NCBI RefSeq assembly: GCF_006345805.1 | Contig: NC_042997.1 | Coordinates: 109,120,001-109,184,000 of the forward strand | Direction: 5' to 3' | DNA: 64,000 bases | DNA from: Octopus sinensis | Taxonomy: Eukaryota | Shown here: positions 12,282-25,665 of the stretch, piece after piece | Layout of the letters: every line of letters starts with the position of its first letter | Numbering within the stretch: position 1 is the first letter of the stretch | Notes under the pieces: model-generated | Seen by the model: only the letters and a program-made list of their open reading frames with translations | What the model was told of the DNA's origin: nothing | Database searches by the model: none | Made by a program: the position numbers and the translations under genes

Positions 12282-13502
12282 GCACTCATAAATATAGATA
12301 ATACATACATAAATATATATATTTATTGAGAATGAGAGATAGAAAGACGTGAGAAAAATAATGACGAACCCCCATACTACTCCCATATATATATATATAT
12401 GTGTGTGTGTGTGTATGTGTGTCTATGTGCGCGCGTGTGTGTGTGAGTGAGTGTGTGCGCGCGTGTGTGTATGGGGAGAGAGAGAGAAAGAAAGAAAGTA
12501 AAAAAGAAAAAAGAGCGAGAGAGACAGACAGACAGACATAGGTCGTATCCCTTCTTTAGAATCTATTATATTTTGTTACAATACGTTACATCCTTCACTA
12601 CAGAGCACTGCCGCCATTGAACCAATCAATCACTGCAACGGTGAGTTCAATGGCTCGTTTCGTACTGGACAACATCAATGTTGTGCAGTTACACTTTTAC
12701 AATGTTCCAATAATCTTCTTCATTTGAACAACATTCACTCTATTCTGATCGCAGAATTGTAAAACCGTAGCCGCTGGGTATTTCGTAGGAACAACACAGA
12801 AATAGAGGAAACGACAACTGCACAAGGAAAGTAAAATTGTAGCTGTACATGCGTATATACATACACAATCATGGATATATACATATATATATATATGTGT
12901 GTGTGTGTGTGCGCGCATGCGTGTGTGTGTAAAGATAAATATATGTATACAGCCGCATATAATTATACACATATATGCATTCGTAGAAACATGCGTATAT
13001 ATAGAAAGACCCGCTTGTGTTTCTCTCTATTTGTTGCACTCTACATGTGTTTATTAGAAGCCGATTGGAGAAGTTCTATACAAGAGACACGTCTCGCATT
13101 AAGTTCAAGTGAGTTGTATTACTTACCATTCCATAGAACAGACAATGTCAGGTGTGAAGAGAATGAATGCCAAAGAGATCAATCCAGCGAAGGGAGACAG
13201 ACGAACGGTAAAGGAACAAGAATTGTATTAATGCTGAATGAATATTTTGTCAAAGAACCATTACGCGGTATATTCTTAATGTACGCCACTGCCAATATAA
13301 AACTTGCATTCATAGGTGGACATAGACAAAGCATGCGCCGTGCTTATGGTTTTGTGGTTGGATGAAAATCTATACGGTAAGACAGGCAAATTAATGTTAT
13401 AAAGAGAATATGTATGTATATATGAATGTATGTATGTATGTATGTATGTATGTATGTATGTATGTATGTATGTATGTATGTATGTATGTATGTATGTGTG
13501 TA

Positions 13503-13615
13503 TGTCATTGTTCAGTTTTATTTCAAGATTTCTTGCCAATAAAGAAAGAACCGGTTTCTAGCCTAGATTCAAGGCTCCTTCATAGGAATTTCAACATCAA
13601 CAACAGGGTATTTTT
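13503..13615 (-). repeat. About 110-bp dispersed repeat between (TATG)n tracts with a hammerhead-like centre; second copy at 51533-51650 (+)
   Basis: Reverse-complement match between the two loci. Centre reads gaaatt-CC(T/A)ATGA-AGG-agcct...aggct-a-GAAACCGGT-T. Confidence 0.6.
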
Positions 13616-13789
13616 GTATGTATGTATGTATGTATGTATGTATGTATGTATGTATGTATGTATGTATGTATGTATGAAACTGTATGAATGTAACTGTATG
13701 TGTATGAGTGTGTGTATATGATATGTATGCATGCATACATACCACCCCCAAAAACGCATAAAATCTCCAACGCTTGCCAATGCCCAACG

Positions 13790-14040
13790 CAGAAGAAGAA
13801 GGAGAAGAAGAAGAAGAAGAAGAAGAAGAAGAAGAAAGAAAGAAAGAAAAGAAGTAGAAGTAGGGGAGGAGGAAGTGGAGGAGATGAAGAAGAAGAAGAA
13901 GAAGAAGAAGAAGAAGAAGAAGAAGAAGAAGAAGACGAAGAAGAAGAAGAAGAAGAAGAAGAAGAAGAAGAAGAAGAAGAAGAAGAAGAAAGTGAAGTTG
14001 GAGTAGGAAAAGAAGAGGAAGAAAGAGAAAGAAAAGAAAA
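13790..14040 (+). repeat. (GAA)n trinucleotide tract
   Basis: Direct reading; the source of the poly-E/K/S ORFs. Confidence 0.9.
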
Positions 14041-14296
14041 AGACGGGAGTAGATTGTTCGTGGAATCTTCTTTAATAGTCAAATGGTCTAAAAGTGACTT
14101 GTTGGTCGTAGTTGAAATTGTTCTATATTCTTGTAGTAGTTTCGTCTGTAGTGGTGGTGGCATTCAAGACGAGTTTATATTTTGCGATAAAATACGCTTA
14201 ATGCTGCTTAAATCATCAATTCTCTGTACTCATAAGACTATTTCTTCAGATTTGCTACTAACTTCCAAGCATTCACAAACGAAGAGAGAGAAAGTG

Positions 14297-14353
<57 letters not shown>

Positions 14354-14393
14354 TATTTGAAGACTATGGAAGTATTGGCAAAAAATTTTACTC

Positions 14394-14431
14394 TTGGTTG
14401 AAAAAGTCTAAAAGATGGAAACCGGTACTAA
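14394..14431 (+). ncRNA. Hammerhead-like motif with U3:A8 core
   Basis: ttgg-TTGAAAA-A-GTCT-aaa-AGAT-g-GAAACCGGT-A-ctaa. Palindromic ACCGGT stem III, GUA site, stem I TTGG/CTAA. Confidence 0.55.
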
Positions 14432-14496
14432 AATGTACTTCATGATTTTATGTACTTCATGAAATTATTGTAGCATTTTCTATCTTGTCTTATTTT

Positions 14497-14537
<41 letters not shown>

Positions 14538-15207
14538 GATTGCACACTTGCATACACACACAATCTTGTGGTGGCATGCAATCATAGTCCTAATAGAAGA
14601 AAGGAACGAAAAAAGAGCGACAAAGATAAAAGTTAAGAATGAATTAGTTTGTAGAGAGAATGTAAAGTTCTGAATTAGTAGTGATGCATAGAAAACGTTT
14701 CAACAATTTGCTTTTCGCTTCACAAATGCGAACGTAGAATTTCTCGTCCAAACCAAACGGTTGGTTTATCGTTTGGATGAACAGAAGACACAATATGGAC
14801 GACTTTTCAAGGCGTATAGATATAAAGACAAGATTACGAACGACTTTCAATTTCTCACACTTTTTTTCAGTTTCAACATCTGTGTGTATCTACACACACA
14901 CACACACACACAAACATCACATCTACAACCATATATGCGCGTTTGTTTGTATACATGTATATATATATATATATGTATATATATGTATATATATATGTAT
15001 ATATATGTATATATATATGTATATATATATATGTGTGTCTCTCTCTCTATATATAAATATACATATATATGCGTATGTGTGTGTATGTGTGTGTAAGTGT
15101 ATCTGTATGAGTGTGTGTATCAGTTCTTTTTTTCAAGTGCGTGTATATAGTGTTATATATGCATACCAATATTTGCATACATACCTACACACACAAACTC
15201 ACACACA

Positions 15208-15349
<142 letters not shown>

Positions 15350-15755
15350 TACATACATATATACACAAACATACTTGAAGAGAGTTAAGTTCTCTTCATA
15401 TATAATATATGCCAATGTATGTATGTGGTGTCTATATATAATATATTTGTATAATGTAGCTCTCGTTCGCAAACTGATGATAATTGGACAAACGACCGTG
15501 TCACATAAACACTGTAATAATCGATATAAACTGCGCAGTGACTTGATGAAATCAATGTTTACAATGAAGTTTGTGAAAAAGTCATTTTTTATCTCCTATA
15601 AAATGTCAAACTGATATTTTATGTCACTTTTTATGTTCCGTATTTTATTTATACTGGTATTTTATTTACTACGTTCGTTCAGTGAGTGTTTTACTCCGTT
15701 TAATGTATATTCTATGCTAGGTAAGTTCTCTTTGCCACACATTGTATGTATATAC

Positions 15756-15786
<31 letters not shown>

Positions 15787-16095
15787 TGTATACAAACATT
15801 CTTTCCGAGTTATTTAACCGATACAAATGTATGTAGATATATTTTATTTTAGAAAAAAAAATTCTTATTTGCATTAAATGATCCATATATGTATTGGATT
15901 TTATCTGACCAATGTCTGGTACCACAATGTAATTTTACGACTTTTCCATTAGTTTTAGATTTGTCATTTTTCGATTGCTAAACAGTAAATAAATGTATTG
16001 TGATTTCTGTGGAATGTTAAGTCGAACACATTCTTAAATGTAATTCTTACCAACATCAACTGGCAATGGAAAATATTTCTACGAACTTACCATAA

Positions 16096-16164
<69 letters not shown>

Positions 16165-16165
<1 letters not shown>

Positions 16166-17720
16166 TATTATTTCCATTCTACTTCTCAGAGCTTTCGATT
16201 CTACTTGCTCCGATGAAATCTATAAGAGCAGACAGCAACCTGTTGCCAAAGGCCTCACAGGGTCTCATTCCATGATACTTAACACCCATACACCAATCTC
16301 AAAGTCCTTGCCGTCCCCAGTAGAGCAGATTCTTTTAGCATGTTCTGCTCTCATGTCAATTCCAGTTTCTCCGACATATTTCAAAAACTTGTTGGTCAGT
16401 TCCCTTATAATTACTGCGATTACAATTGCTTTCTTCGTTGGTCACATTCGTGCAATTTCGTCATTTTGCGGCTTGTATTTTTCCATCATTTCCGGCTCTT
16501 TGTCACTAACTCGTGCGTCCCCTGCTATGGTAATATCAATGGTCTTTCATACAATACAATAATGTCTGGTATCCAAGCATCAATTCCTGAATGACAATGG
16601 ATTGTAAAATCCCATAATATCTAATATTCAATATTCTCACTGACGCGTTCTTGTTCTTGTTCGTACCATTTCTCACACAATTTCACACAAACGTAGCCAC
16701 GTTTTGTATCTCCTTCTCTATTTCTTTTGGGCCAGTTTCTTACACTCATCACAATATGTGGGATTGTTTCGTTTTTTGCTGCCACACATTTTACAAAAGG
16801 GTGATTCACTGCTCTCACCTATTTGGAACTTAGTGTAATTATTTAAACTGAGCTTGTTCCTGGGTGCTGCATATCAATGCTTCACTGTATCCTTTCACAT
16901 TACTTTTCCTTAACCACCTCCAGTTGTTGGTCTTGTCTTTCCCCCCGATTCCTCTCAGGTATTGCCTCTGCATCGTTTACATTTTCCATTTGTTTAAACT
17001 TTGCTCTTCGTCTTATTTCGTAAATGTTTTGGGGCGTGTCACATTTTCAGTCGGCATAGTATTGCTATTTCTAACATCGACAACAAAGGTTCGATCTGGT
17101 GTTTGACGTACCATCTCAGACAGTTTCTCTCGTTGATAACACAGATCTTGCATCCCATGAGATCTCTTTCTCCTTTGTATCTAGGCACATACAGTCTATA
17201 AATATCACTTTTAGGGTGCAGGTCCTTGTTCATTGTCATCACTTACCTGCTTTTTCTATCTGTTTCCTCAAGCTCGTTCTTTGTTCACCTAATAACACCC
17301 GCGCCGTATTGCATTTAGGAGACAGCCCATATATTCATTGCACTGATCTTATTTTCTCCATTGAGTCTACTCACCATTATTAGTTTGATTCTTTTGAAGT
17401 ATTCTCACCTAAAGCTTTCCTTCATCTCACTCTCCTTCTATCCTCCAGACTCCGGAATACCCAGATACTTATATCCATCCATCTCAACATCCTTGATTCT
17501 CTTCCCGTTGGTTAGTTCTACACCATCATATGACACTACTGTGCCTTTATTTTATGATGACCATACCACGCATTTTAATCCCAAATTCCGTCCCGATATC
17601 CTTACTGACTGTCTGCACTGTTGAAACCAGACCATCCACTTCACGTTCACTTTTACTGAAGGTCTTTAAGTCATCCATATATTACAGCTGATTTACTTTT
17701 TCTCCAGTTTTAAGGTGTAC
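16165..17720 (-). mobile_element. R4/Dong-like RLE non-LTR retrotransposon, 3' half, decayed
   Basis: Minus strand has RT HMDDLK and YKYLG, LHPKSDIYRLYVPR, the CCHC/ETIPHIV...LAQK region, ILWDF, PDI...IDITIAGD, and ends GTARTLRLVYGC*. Its 3' end runs into (TAA)n at 16095-16170. Confidence 0.85.
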
Positions 17721-18100
17721 CTGGATCTCATTTTGAAATAAAACTGAATGTATAAGATTGTATTTACATGGAGAGGAATTTACGTAAAATAAGTGGGATA
17801 CCCTTAAGCACGAGCTTTTGCTATTCACTTATTGTGGGGTTGCCAGGAATTTGGTCTGCTCATTTGTTTACTCACTTTCATATCACTCCAAGTGCCCTGA
17901 TGTCAGCAGACAATGCTTTTGCATTAAAATGCCACATTCTTCTGATTTCTATCGCCAGTTCTTTATATCTGCTCAATTTCTCAAATGTTTTCGGAGATGT
18001 GTTTTTGTTAGCTGGGACTGTAAGATTCATCAAATTACATGTCCTTTCAATATGATTTTTACAATGGTATCTGGTAAGTTTGTCCGAATTTCCTAATCAG
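17720..18100 (-). mobile_element. Separate 3' fragment of a second RLE retrotransposon lineage
   Basis: Minus strand reads NLTVPANKNTSPKTFEKLSRYKELAIEIRRMW...ALGVI...IPGNPTISE*QKLVLKG...ILRKFLSM*. The C-terminus resembles the fragment at 58230. Confidence 0.7.
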
Positions 18101-18126
18101 TTTCAACACTGGTATTCCAAACATTA

Positions 18127-18358
18127 TGGCGGCGAGCTGGCAGAAACGTTAGCACGCTGGGCGAAGGGTTTAGCGGTATTTCGTCTGCCGCTACGTTCTG
18201 ATTTCAAATTCAGCCGAGGTCGACTTTGCCTTTCATTCTTTCGGGGTCGATTAAATAAGTACCAGTTACGTACTGAGGTCGATATAATCAACTTAATCCG
18301 TGTGTCTGTCCTTGTTTGTTCTCTCTGTGTTTAGCCCCTTGTGGGTAGTAAAGAAATA
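18127..18358 (+). mobile_element. tRNA-derived CORE-type SINE, long-tail variant, with 16-bp TSD
   Basis: Head ggcggcgagctggcagaaacg and core ctttcattctttcggggtcgattaaataagtaccag. TSD ggtattccaaacatta at 18111-18126 and 18359-18374. Confidence 0.9.
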
Positions 18359-20677
18359 GGTATTCCAAACATTACGTCGATAGCAACTAATTAATATTGT
18401 ATATTATCTTAGCCTCTATTCTTGAGCATTGTGATAACATATGCACATTTCACGATTTAACTAAACTACAGAACGCTGCAAGACTAGACTAGACTTCTAC
18501 ATTATTAAACTAAAATACGCCGTATAGCATTAAGATGATAAACACTAAAAATATATAGAGACCGCGAAATATTGATAATTTGTGACTAAATTATTCCAGA
18601 GATAAATGTAAACTCCTGCCATAAAAGAATTGTGGAACCGCGAATAGTTCTGGAACCAAACTCGTATTCGTCACCGCGACAGAAACGAATGGTTACGGCA
18701 ATTCTAGAGTTAATATTCCAGCAACAATTATTCCATGAACTTGTTTACAAAGTCAACAACATAAGCTACAAAAAAACAAAAACAAACAAATCAACAACAT
18801 TATAACGGACAGCATGCTACATACTGACTGTGCTCATTTCTTTCTTATAACTAAAAACTTGTTAGGATTATACTTAAAGATTTTGGCCGTCTGGCATGAC
18901 ATACCTTGATTATTGGGCTCACCTCAAAATGCTGAAATTTTGTTATCTCCAACGCCGCCGTGAGCGCTATTATTTGTACAATGTGGAAAATATTCCACCA
19001 ATATTATCCAAATGATGTAGGTATTGAGTTTATGAGTCATCCAAGGCTAAAGCCCCTACAAATGTTGAGTTCACATCATATAAGAATATTGTGACACAAC
19101 AATTTTTTTTAAACCTCAAATGGTCCTGATGTAGTCAACGTTAACCCGAAAGAAATTAAAATAGAAAATAATCTAACTTTCGAACGGTACCGGGATAAAT
19201 TCCTCCAAGAAGTACCGGGAATATTACCAACGACAACAACAACAACAGCTCTTTACTAGAGTGTTCCATGGTGTCCCGAAATATGACTTAAAAGATCCAA
19301 TGGGGCTATTAAGTTAGCCATGGTCTGGGCCGATAGTAGCCGAAACCAATCTAAGGTATCTAAGTTATGTTGGTAACTTAGATATTTAATTAAATTCATG
19401 TGATACGTGTCGGCCGTAAAGTTGTTGTATTTATTGTACAACCTCACAGTAAAAGTAAACAGTCAAAAGAAACATGTCAAAATATTTTGATTTGATGTAC
19501 GAAACGTGTACAGCACCTACTTCCTAAACCCATCACGGGATCTCAATTTTGAAAGATGATCTATCAACACAAACTGACAATTAGTAACATAGTTCCAATT
19601 ATGACATTTTATTGAGCCGTCTTTAAAGTTTTCTTCCTCTTTTTCTTTGTCTTTTAATCATATTTTCTTTTACTTTCGTTTCTTACAGAAACAACAAAAA
19701 CACTTCCAAGATAAACTGAACAACATCGTTCAAAGACTTCTGTTAACTATCAGTTTACATCAGCTCCGTATTGCTGAGATGTGAGCTGACAAATATCATT
19801 TAGGTTGATGACAGATGTTTCTCAGTGTCAACACTCCAATATACTCTACTCATATTAAATAAACAACTTGTCAAACTTTAGATGCCTAATTAGAATATCT
19901 TCCATATTCGATTAGTTTAGTATCAATCTACAGGTTCACTGTGTTCGACACTGCTACGAAGGGCCATAGCGTGAACTGCCTAAACCAACTATAGTCACCT
20001 GTTCGAAATCTACCACTAACTGTTACGCTGTGTCGTTTAGTCAAAGGAAAAATTATCGGCTTTCTCGATGTCAAGAAAATCCAAATCACGTCTCACTTTT
20101 TCAGTAATGTATTATCGAAAATATTTGAAATTCATGGCCATTGAAGTGATTTCCTTCTCTGAATATAATCTTCACAGTAAGGAGCGAGTGGCTATTCAAG
20201 TCTACTTGCTACAAGCAATTTTGGTTTGAAAGTTCTTCGATGGGAAATTTCCCTCCGTTTAACCAAAATAAAACAGTAGGTTTCAGCAATATTCTTCAAA
20301 TCTCTAGTACAGTGGAATCGGTACAAAAAATGGTAACACAGTTCAGATTTATAGATTCTATTTGGGGTTTCAGCTGAAATCCCTCTGGGTACCCCTTTGC
20401 CTTTCATCACTTCAGAGTCGAACGGATGTAGACGAACTATCCCGAGGGGGTTTTGTATAAAAGAGTAGAAAATTAACGAAGACGATTCACATTGGCCTTT
20501 TAATGTTTGCACTAATTTCACCGCCATAGTTTTTTTTCTTTTACAACTATTTCAAACTAAGTACAAATTTTGAGTTCATATTGTAATTACAATTTCATCG
20601 TTTGCCTTTCGACAGAAACATGTCTGTCTGTCTATTTATTTATCTGTCTGTGTTTGTCTGTCTGCCTACCTGCCTTC

Positions 20678-20823
<146 letters not shown>

Positions 20824-21479
20824 GTTATCATTAAATTACATATGAATACTGGAATCGATGCTGTCCGGATTCAATCATTTCATCCCTTTCATCTCATCTT
20901 CTTCGACCATTTATTTGCGGGGAGGGTCGTGTGCGTGTGTGTGTGTAGGGCAAAATCTTGAGCGTGTTGAGTGTGTGTAAGAAGATGAAGACTGCTTATA
21001 ATAATAAATAGATTTTACTTAGAAAGAGGATGCAAAATACAGCTTTTCACACGCTGTAAGAAATCAAATCCTTTGGATAACAATAAAAGCTAAGTGGTCG
21101 TGAAACAAAATTGCAAGGGTATCAGAAACGCGTGTGCAGTGTCGTGTGTGACGCTTAGTCAGAAAGCATATTTGGACTTACTGTTACAAATTCATAGCAG
21201 CAGTCAACGAATTGTCTGGTAAGCTGTGTGGCGTTAAAGTTAGTTGCTGAACAAGTCACCATGATAGGGCAGAAAAACGACGGTGGTCTGAAATCTTTAA
21301 GGCAGGCATTACTATAACGACGGTTATAAGAAGATGGCTAGGCAAACGTCGTTAGAATGACGGTAACTGCATGTGGTCTGTGGGCTTAGGCAGAAGAGAG
21401 ATATTAGCTCTCCTCGGTATCCAAAATGGCGACAGCGAAAGACTGCCCCCAAACACTTGAAAATATAGGTGTCAGCTGC

Positions 21480-21975
21480 TACGCCACCTGATGGCGTTTA
21501 CCAGCAAAGGGACGTAATTCAGCTATCCTGCTATGCTACACCTCCAACGTGTCATGCAACAGGTTGGTCCTATATCAGAAGCGACCGGCTCCAATAGATC
21601 CGGGTGGATCCCCAAGCGAGACCAATCGAGCTTATGAATGTTATCCAACCATCTTTCTCCTGGCTTTGTCCCTGGGTCTCCTACTGTTTGGTTCTGTCCG
21701 TAAAAATCTGTGCAACATTCGGTCATTAGAAGCGAGGCAGGGGTAAAAGCCAAACTCGCTATCTTGCATCCAGTATTCGTGCCGACCCTTCCCAGTGGAC
21801 GTGAATTATGGGGGATGGCCGAGAGAATACGATCGCAAATACAAGCGACCGAAATAGGGTTCCACAACACGACAAAGTGCGTAGCTCAGAGATAAGGGAG
21901 GCTCTCCCGGTTGACCCACTACTTCTCCGAATTGAGAGATCACATCTCCGATTCAATGGACATGCCTTTAAAATC
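21480..21975. mobile_element. RTE-clade (Rex3/Expander-like) LINE 3' fragment with 5' inversion
   Basis: Plus 21720-21965 reads KAKLAILHPVFVPTL...ELWGMAERIRSQIQATE / DKVRSSEIREALPVDPLLLRIERSHLRFNGH. Minus 21730-21520 continues MTE...RRPR...RWLDNIHKLDWSRLGIHPDLLEPVASD. Confidence 0.8.
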
Positions 21976-21979
21976 GCTT

Positions 21980-22364
21980 TCTATATAAAGCTGAAGTTGT
22001 CTGTGTATGGCAGGTTTGGTAACCTTCAACTAACACTATCTCCTCCGAGACCCTGCGGCGCAAGTTGACCAAATTTGAGAGTATGATAGAAGAAGGCTTG
22101 CTCATCCTTGCATAGAAGAAAATTTCAAATCGAACCATGTTAACACCAAAAATTATTTACATCAAAAAAGTGCTTTTTTTCTATGAAAATCCCAATTTTT
22201 TACGATTTTTTTACTGCTGTGCCGCGATTTTGCGGTGCATTTTAACAAGAAAAATGTTCACTTAAAGAGAATAACAAGCTACATAATGCAAAAGTTTTAC
22301 TTTTCAAAAAGTCCAATCCTAAAGGGTCGAAACAAACCCGAGCAACGCCGGGCGATACTGCTAG
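21980..22364 (+). mobile_element. Non-autonomous Helitron
   Basis: 5' TCTATATAAAG start. 3' GC-rich palindrome cccgagcaacgccggg followed about 10 nt later by CTAG|T. Confidence 0.7.
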
Positions 22365-22419
22365 TATTTAAAATAATCTTCGATCACATATCGTAGATAT
22401 ATGTGTGTGGGAATCTACA

Positions 22420-22610
22420 TGTTAAAAAATAGACCCAATGTTTCCTCTGCGTTGAGGTAGGATTTGTACACCGACCTCGTAAAACCCTCACCAGCAACGA
22501 CTACCCAAAACATACCCATGGTTTATAGGGTTGTCGCCTGAGTGGTGCAAATGTATCACCCGCCAGGCGAAGGGAATCACCAGTTAATGGGGGATGCAGT
22601 GACGTGCTGT
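22420..22610 (+). repeat. Body of a SINE-like repeat, homologous to 39560-39700
   Basis: Shared ttgaggtaggatttg...gacctcg(t/c)aaaacc...cccatgggtt...agggttgt motif run. Confidence 0.6.
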
Positions 22611-22620
22611 CTCCATACTA

Positions 22621-22671
<51 letters not shown>

Positions 22672-22710
22672 TTGCTGCTACTACTACTACTGCTACTGCA
22701 GCAGCTGCAG

Positions 22711-22745
<35 letters not shown>

Positions 22746-22964
22746 GCATGTCATATTAAATATGAGTACAGCAGACAACTTTAAACGTGCTTTTAAACCA
22801 ACAGTGAACAACTGTTTACAACAGTAAACAATAACTCAACCAACAGAAAATCTAATAAACAAAATATAATAAATATTCGATAACCAACAGAAAAGAACAT
22901 TTGACATTGATTAATATTGAACACCAAAATTCAATGTAGTCATTGATAAGTATATTATATTGTT

Positions 22965-23165
22965 TTATTCTTAGACTGCGGCCATGCTGGGGTACCACCT
23001 TGGTAAATTTTTAGCCAAACGAATCGACCGCAGCAGTTGTTTTTTAAGCCTGACTTTTTTTACTATTTACGGAGATGTAAACATGCCAACACCGGTTGTC
23101 AAGCGGTGGTAAGAGATAAACAGACACACACGCACATACACACACACAGACACAAACGGACAGTC
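22965..23165 (-). mobile_element. 3' part of tRNA-SINE family B (gactgcggccatgctgg tail)
   Basis: Matches the tails at 28146 and 37885. Confidence 0.7.
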
Positions 23166-23425
23166 ATGCACGCATACATACATACATACATACATACATA
23201 CATACATACATACATACATACATACATGCATGCATACACACAATATATATACATACATACATACATACACCTTGCAACCTTTTCAATAGTTTTGACTCTC
23301 AAAACTATTGAAAAAGTTGCAAGACGCAACGAAAATTTTAGGAAAATAAAAATAAGAAATAAGTGGAAATTTTACTGGTGAGTGTGTTACATTATAAGGC
23401 ACAAAGACCTTCCCCAGACACAACA

Positions 23426-23501
<76 letters not shown>

Positions 23502-24531
23502 CAGTCGAAAGTTTCTATTTTGATCGACTATTTTCAAAGTTCTAAATGTGTTGGAACATGACTATTTCCTTCCCCACTTATCTTCATAATCTTCTGAGCA
23601 ACTCGTTTTTCCAAAGATATATAATTTCGTTCCATGTTTCCAATCTTCATGCCAGCTTTTTGTTGTGCCAATATTCTACTGATATTCTACTAAGGTTTCT
23701 GCCAGAACCCTATCGCCTCTAATCTTTCATTCTATATGACACCCCCCACACACACACACACTTCAGTCACATATACTTTTATCAGGTGATCTCTGATTGG
23801 AAACCATTACATGTCCTACGGCCAATTCTTTATTTTTTTTTATCTTTTGTTACTTTATTATTTTTTCATTTATTTATTTTCAAATGGAATGATTTCCATT
23901 TTTCAAAAATATAAAAATATTCAAAATTTTATATAAAAATAAAAAAAAAATTACATACTCTCAAACTTGATTTTTTGAATGCTTGTTCTATATACACGTG
24001 TGTGTGTGTGTGTGTTCGCGTGTGTGTGTGTGTATTGCATATGTGAACAGCAGATTCTATGATTTGACGTAAATAATCGTGTCTGTGTGTGCAACTGTAT
24101 TGGCATTAAATTTTATTTGATGTGATTTTGAAGGGGAAAGGATACGGAATATCTCTCTCTCTTCATCTCTCTCTTTCTCTCAATCTCTTTCTCTTAATCT
24201 CTCTCAATCTCTGTATCCAGACTTGTTGCTTGTCCTGAACTCGAATTAAGACATAACATTGTAATACAACATTACCGTGTACTCATCCTATTAGACACAC
24301 ACACATTCTCCACCCAACACATATAAAAAAAGAGAGAAAATGGTAAATTAATAAAAGAAAAAAGTTTTTTAAAATCTTTTTCTGATATGTCTCACGCTAG
24401 CAGAGCCGCAAAATTCTACATAACTTTTCCATTTTTGATTTCGAAAATTATTTTCAATTTGTCAAAACATTTTTTGACCAAAATCCTACTGCCAGCTTTT
24501 CAACCATACAACACACACAAATATGCACAGT

Positions 24532-24562
<31 letters not shown>

Positions 24563-25519
24563 GCAGGCACGCACACACACACACAATACACACACGAACA
24601 CACACACACACACGCACGCACACGCGCTCAGATGCACACATACATATACACACATACACACACATACAAACACGCACTTACACACACAGAAAAACACATG
24701 CACCACATTGAAAACTCAGAAAAACAAATGATAAAAATTGAAATTTTAGGGCTGATAAATATTATTTAAAATGAAATGATATTTTTTTCTTTGTCAATTT
24801 TCCCGTCGAAAACATAAAAAACTGAACAAATTATCGAAAGACAAAATTTTAATAACTAAAGCATTTTAACCAAATATAATGGTCGGCTTCGTTCAGAATA
24901 TTGTGATTTACTCTTTGAGACTGTCTTTGGTAAGAACTGCATTCTATAATAGAGTCGTTCTCAAGAGAAGTCCAGATGACCTTTGGGGGTCCAAATAATA
25001 TTGTGGTTATACTTCTATAATACACAAAATATTTTAACCATTCTCTATAGAAATCCTAATAATATTCAATTATCAAGATACAAGAGCAATTTTGAATCAT
25101 CAGGTGGTTATCAGGGTCCACCTAAGTAGCTTTCACTTTATTAATTTACCTTTCTCTCTCATTTTGGTGGTGTTGGTGTATGTGGGGGGTGTATTGTGTG
25201 TGGGGGAAGAATATGTGCCTACAAAAGGACACCAACACCGAAATATTGTATTTTGGGGCCTGTGTGTTGATTCGGGTTCGGAAGGAGAAGCAACAACTTT
25301 GGATAGGAATGAAAGGGGTCCACAGGTAAAAAAAAAATGGTTGGGAAACACGTGTGTAGTACATACACTCTGTTCAACCACTTCTCTGGTTAGTAGTAAA
25401 GTGACGATATCTTCGGAGAATTTCTGATGATGTGGTTGACATCTTTAGTGTTCATTCTATTGACTTTTTTTTATCGGTTGGAGCACTTACTTTGTTTTAT
25501 ATGTGTGTATGTGGTTGTG

Positions 25520-25598
<79 letters not shown>

Positions 25599-25622
25599 AA
25601 TGTATATATACATGTATATGTA

Positions 25623-25665
<43 letters not shown>

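Noticed and set aside
12604-12640. 37-nt micro-exon candidate (ctacag|...|gtgagt)
   Set aside because: Splice-like motifs of this size arise by chance, and there are no partner exons or protein similarity.
13597-14401. Poly-E, poly-K and poly-S ORFs
   Set aside because: They come from the (GAA)n tract, and the flanking unique parts show no recognisable protein or splice support.
24900-24935. Short AG...GTAAGA exon candidate
   Set aside because: The polypyrimidine tract is weak and there is no supporting evidence.
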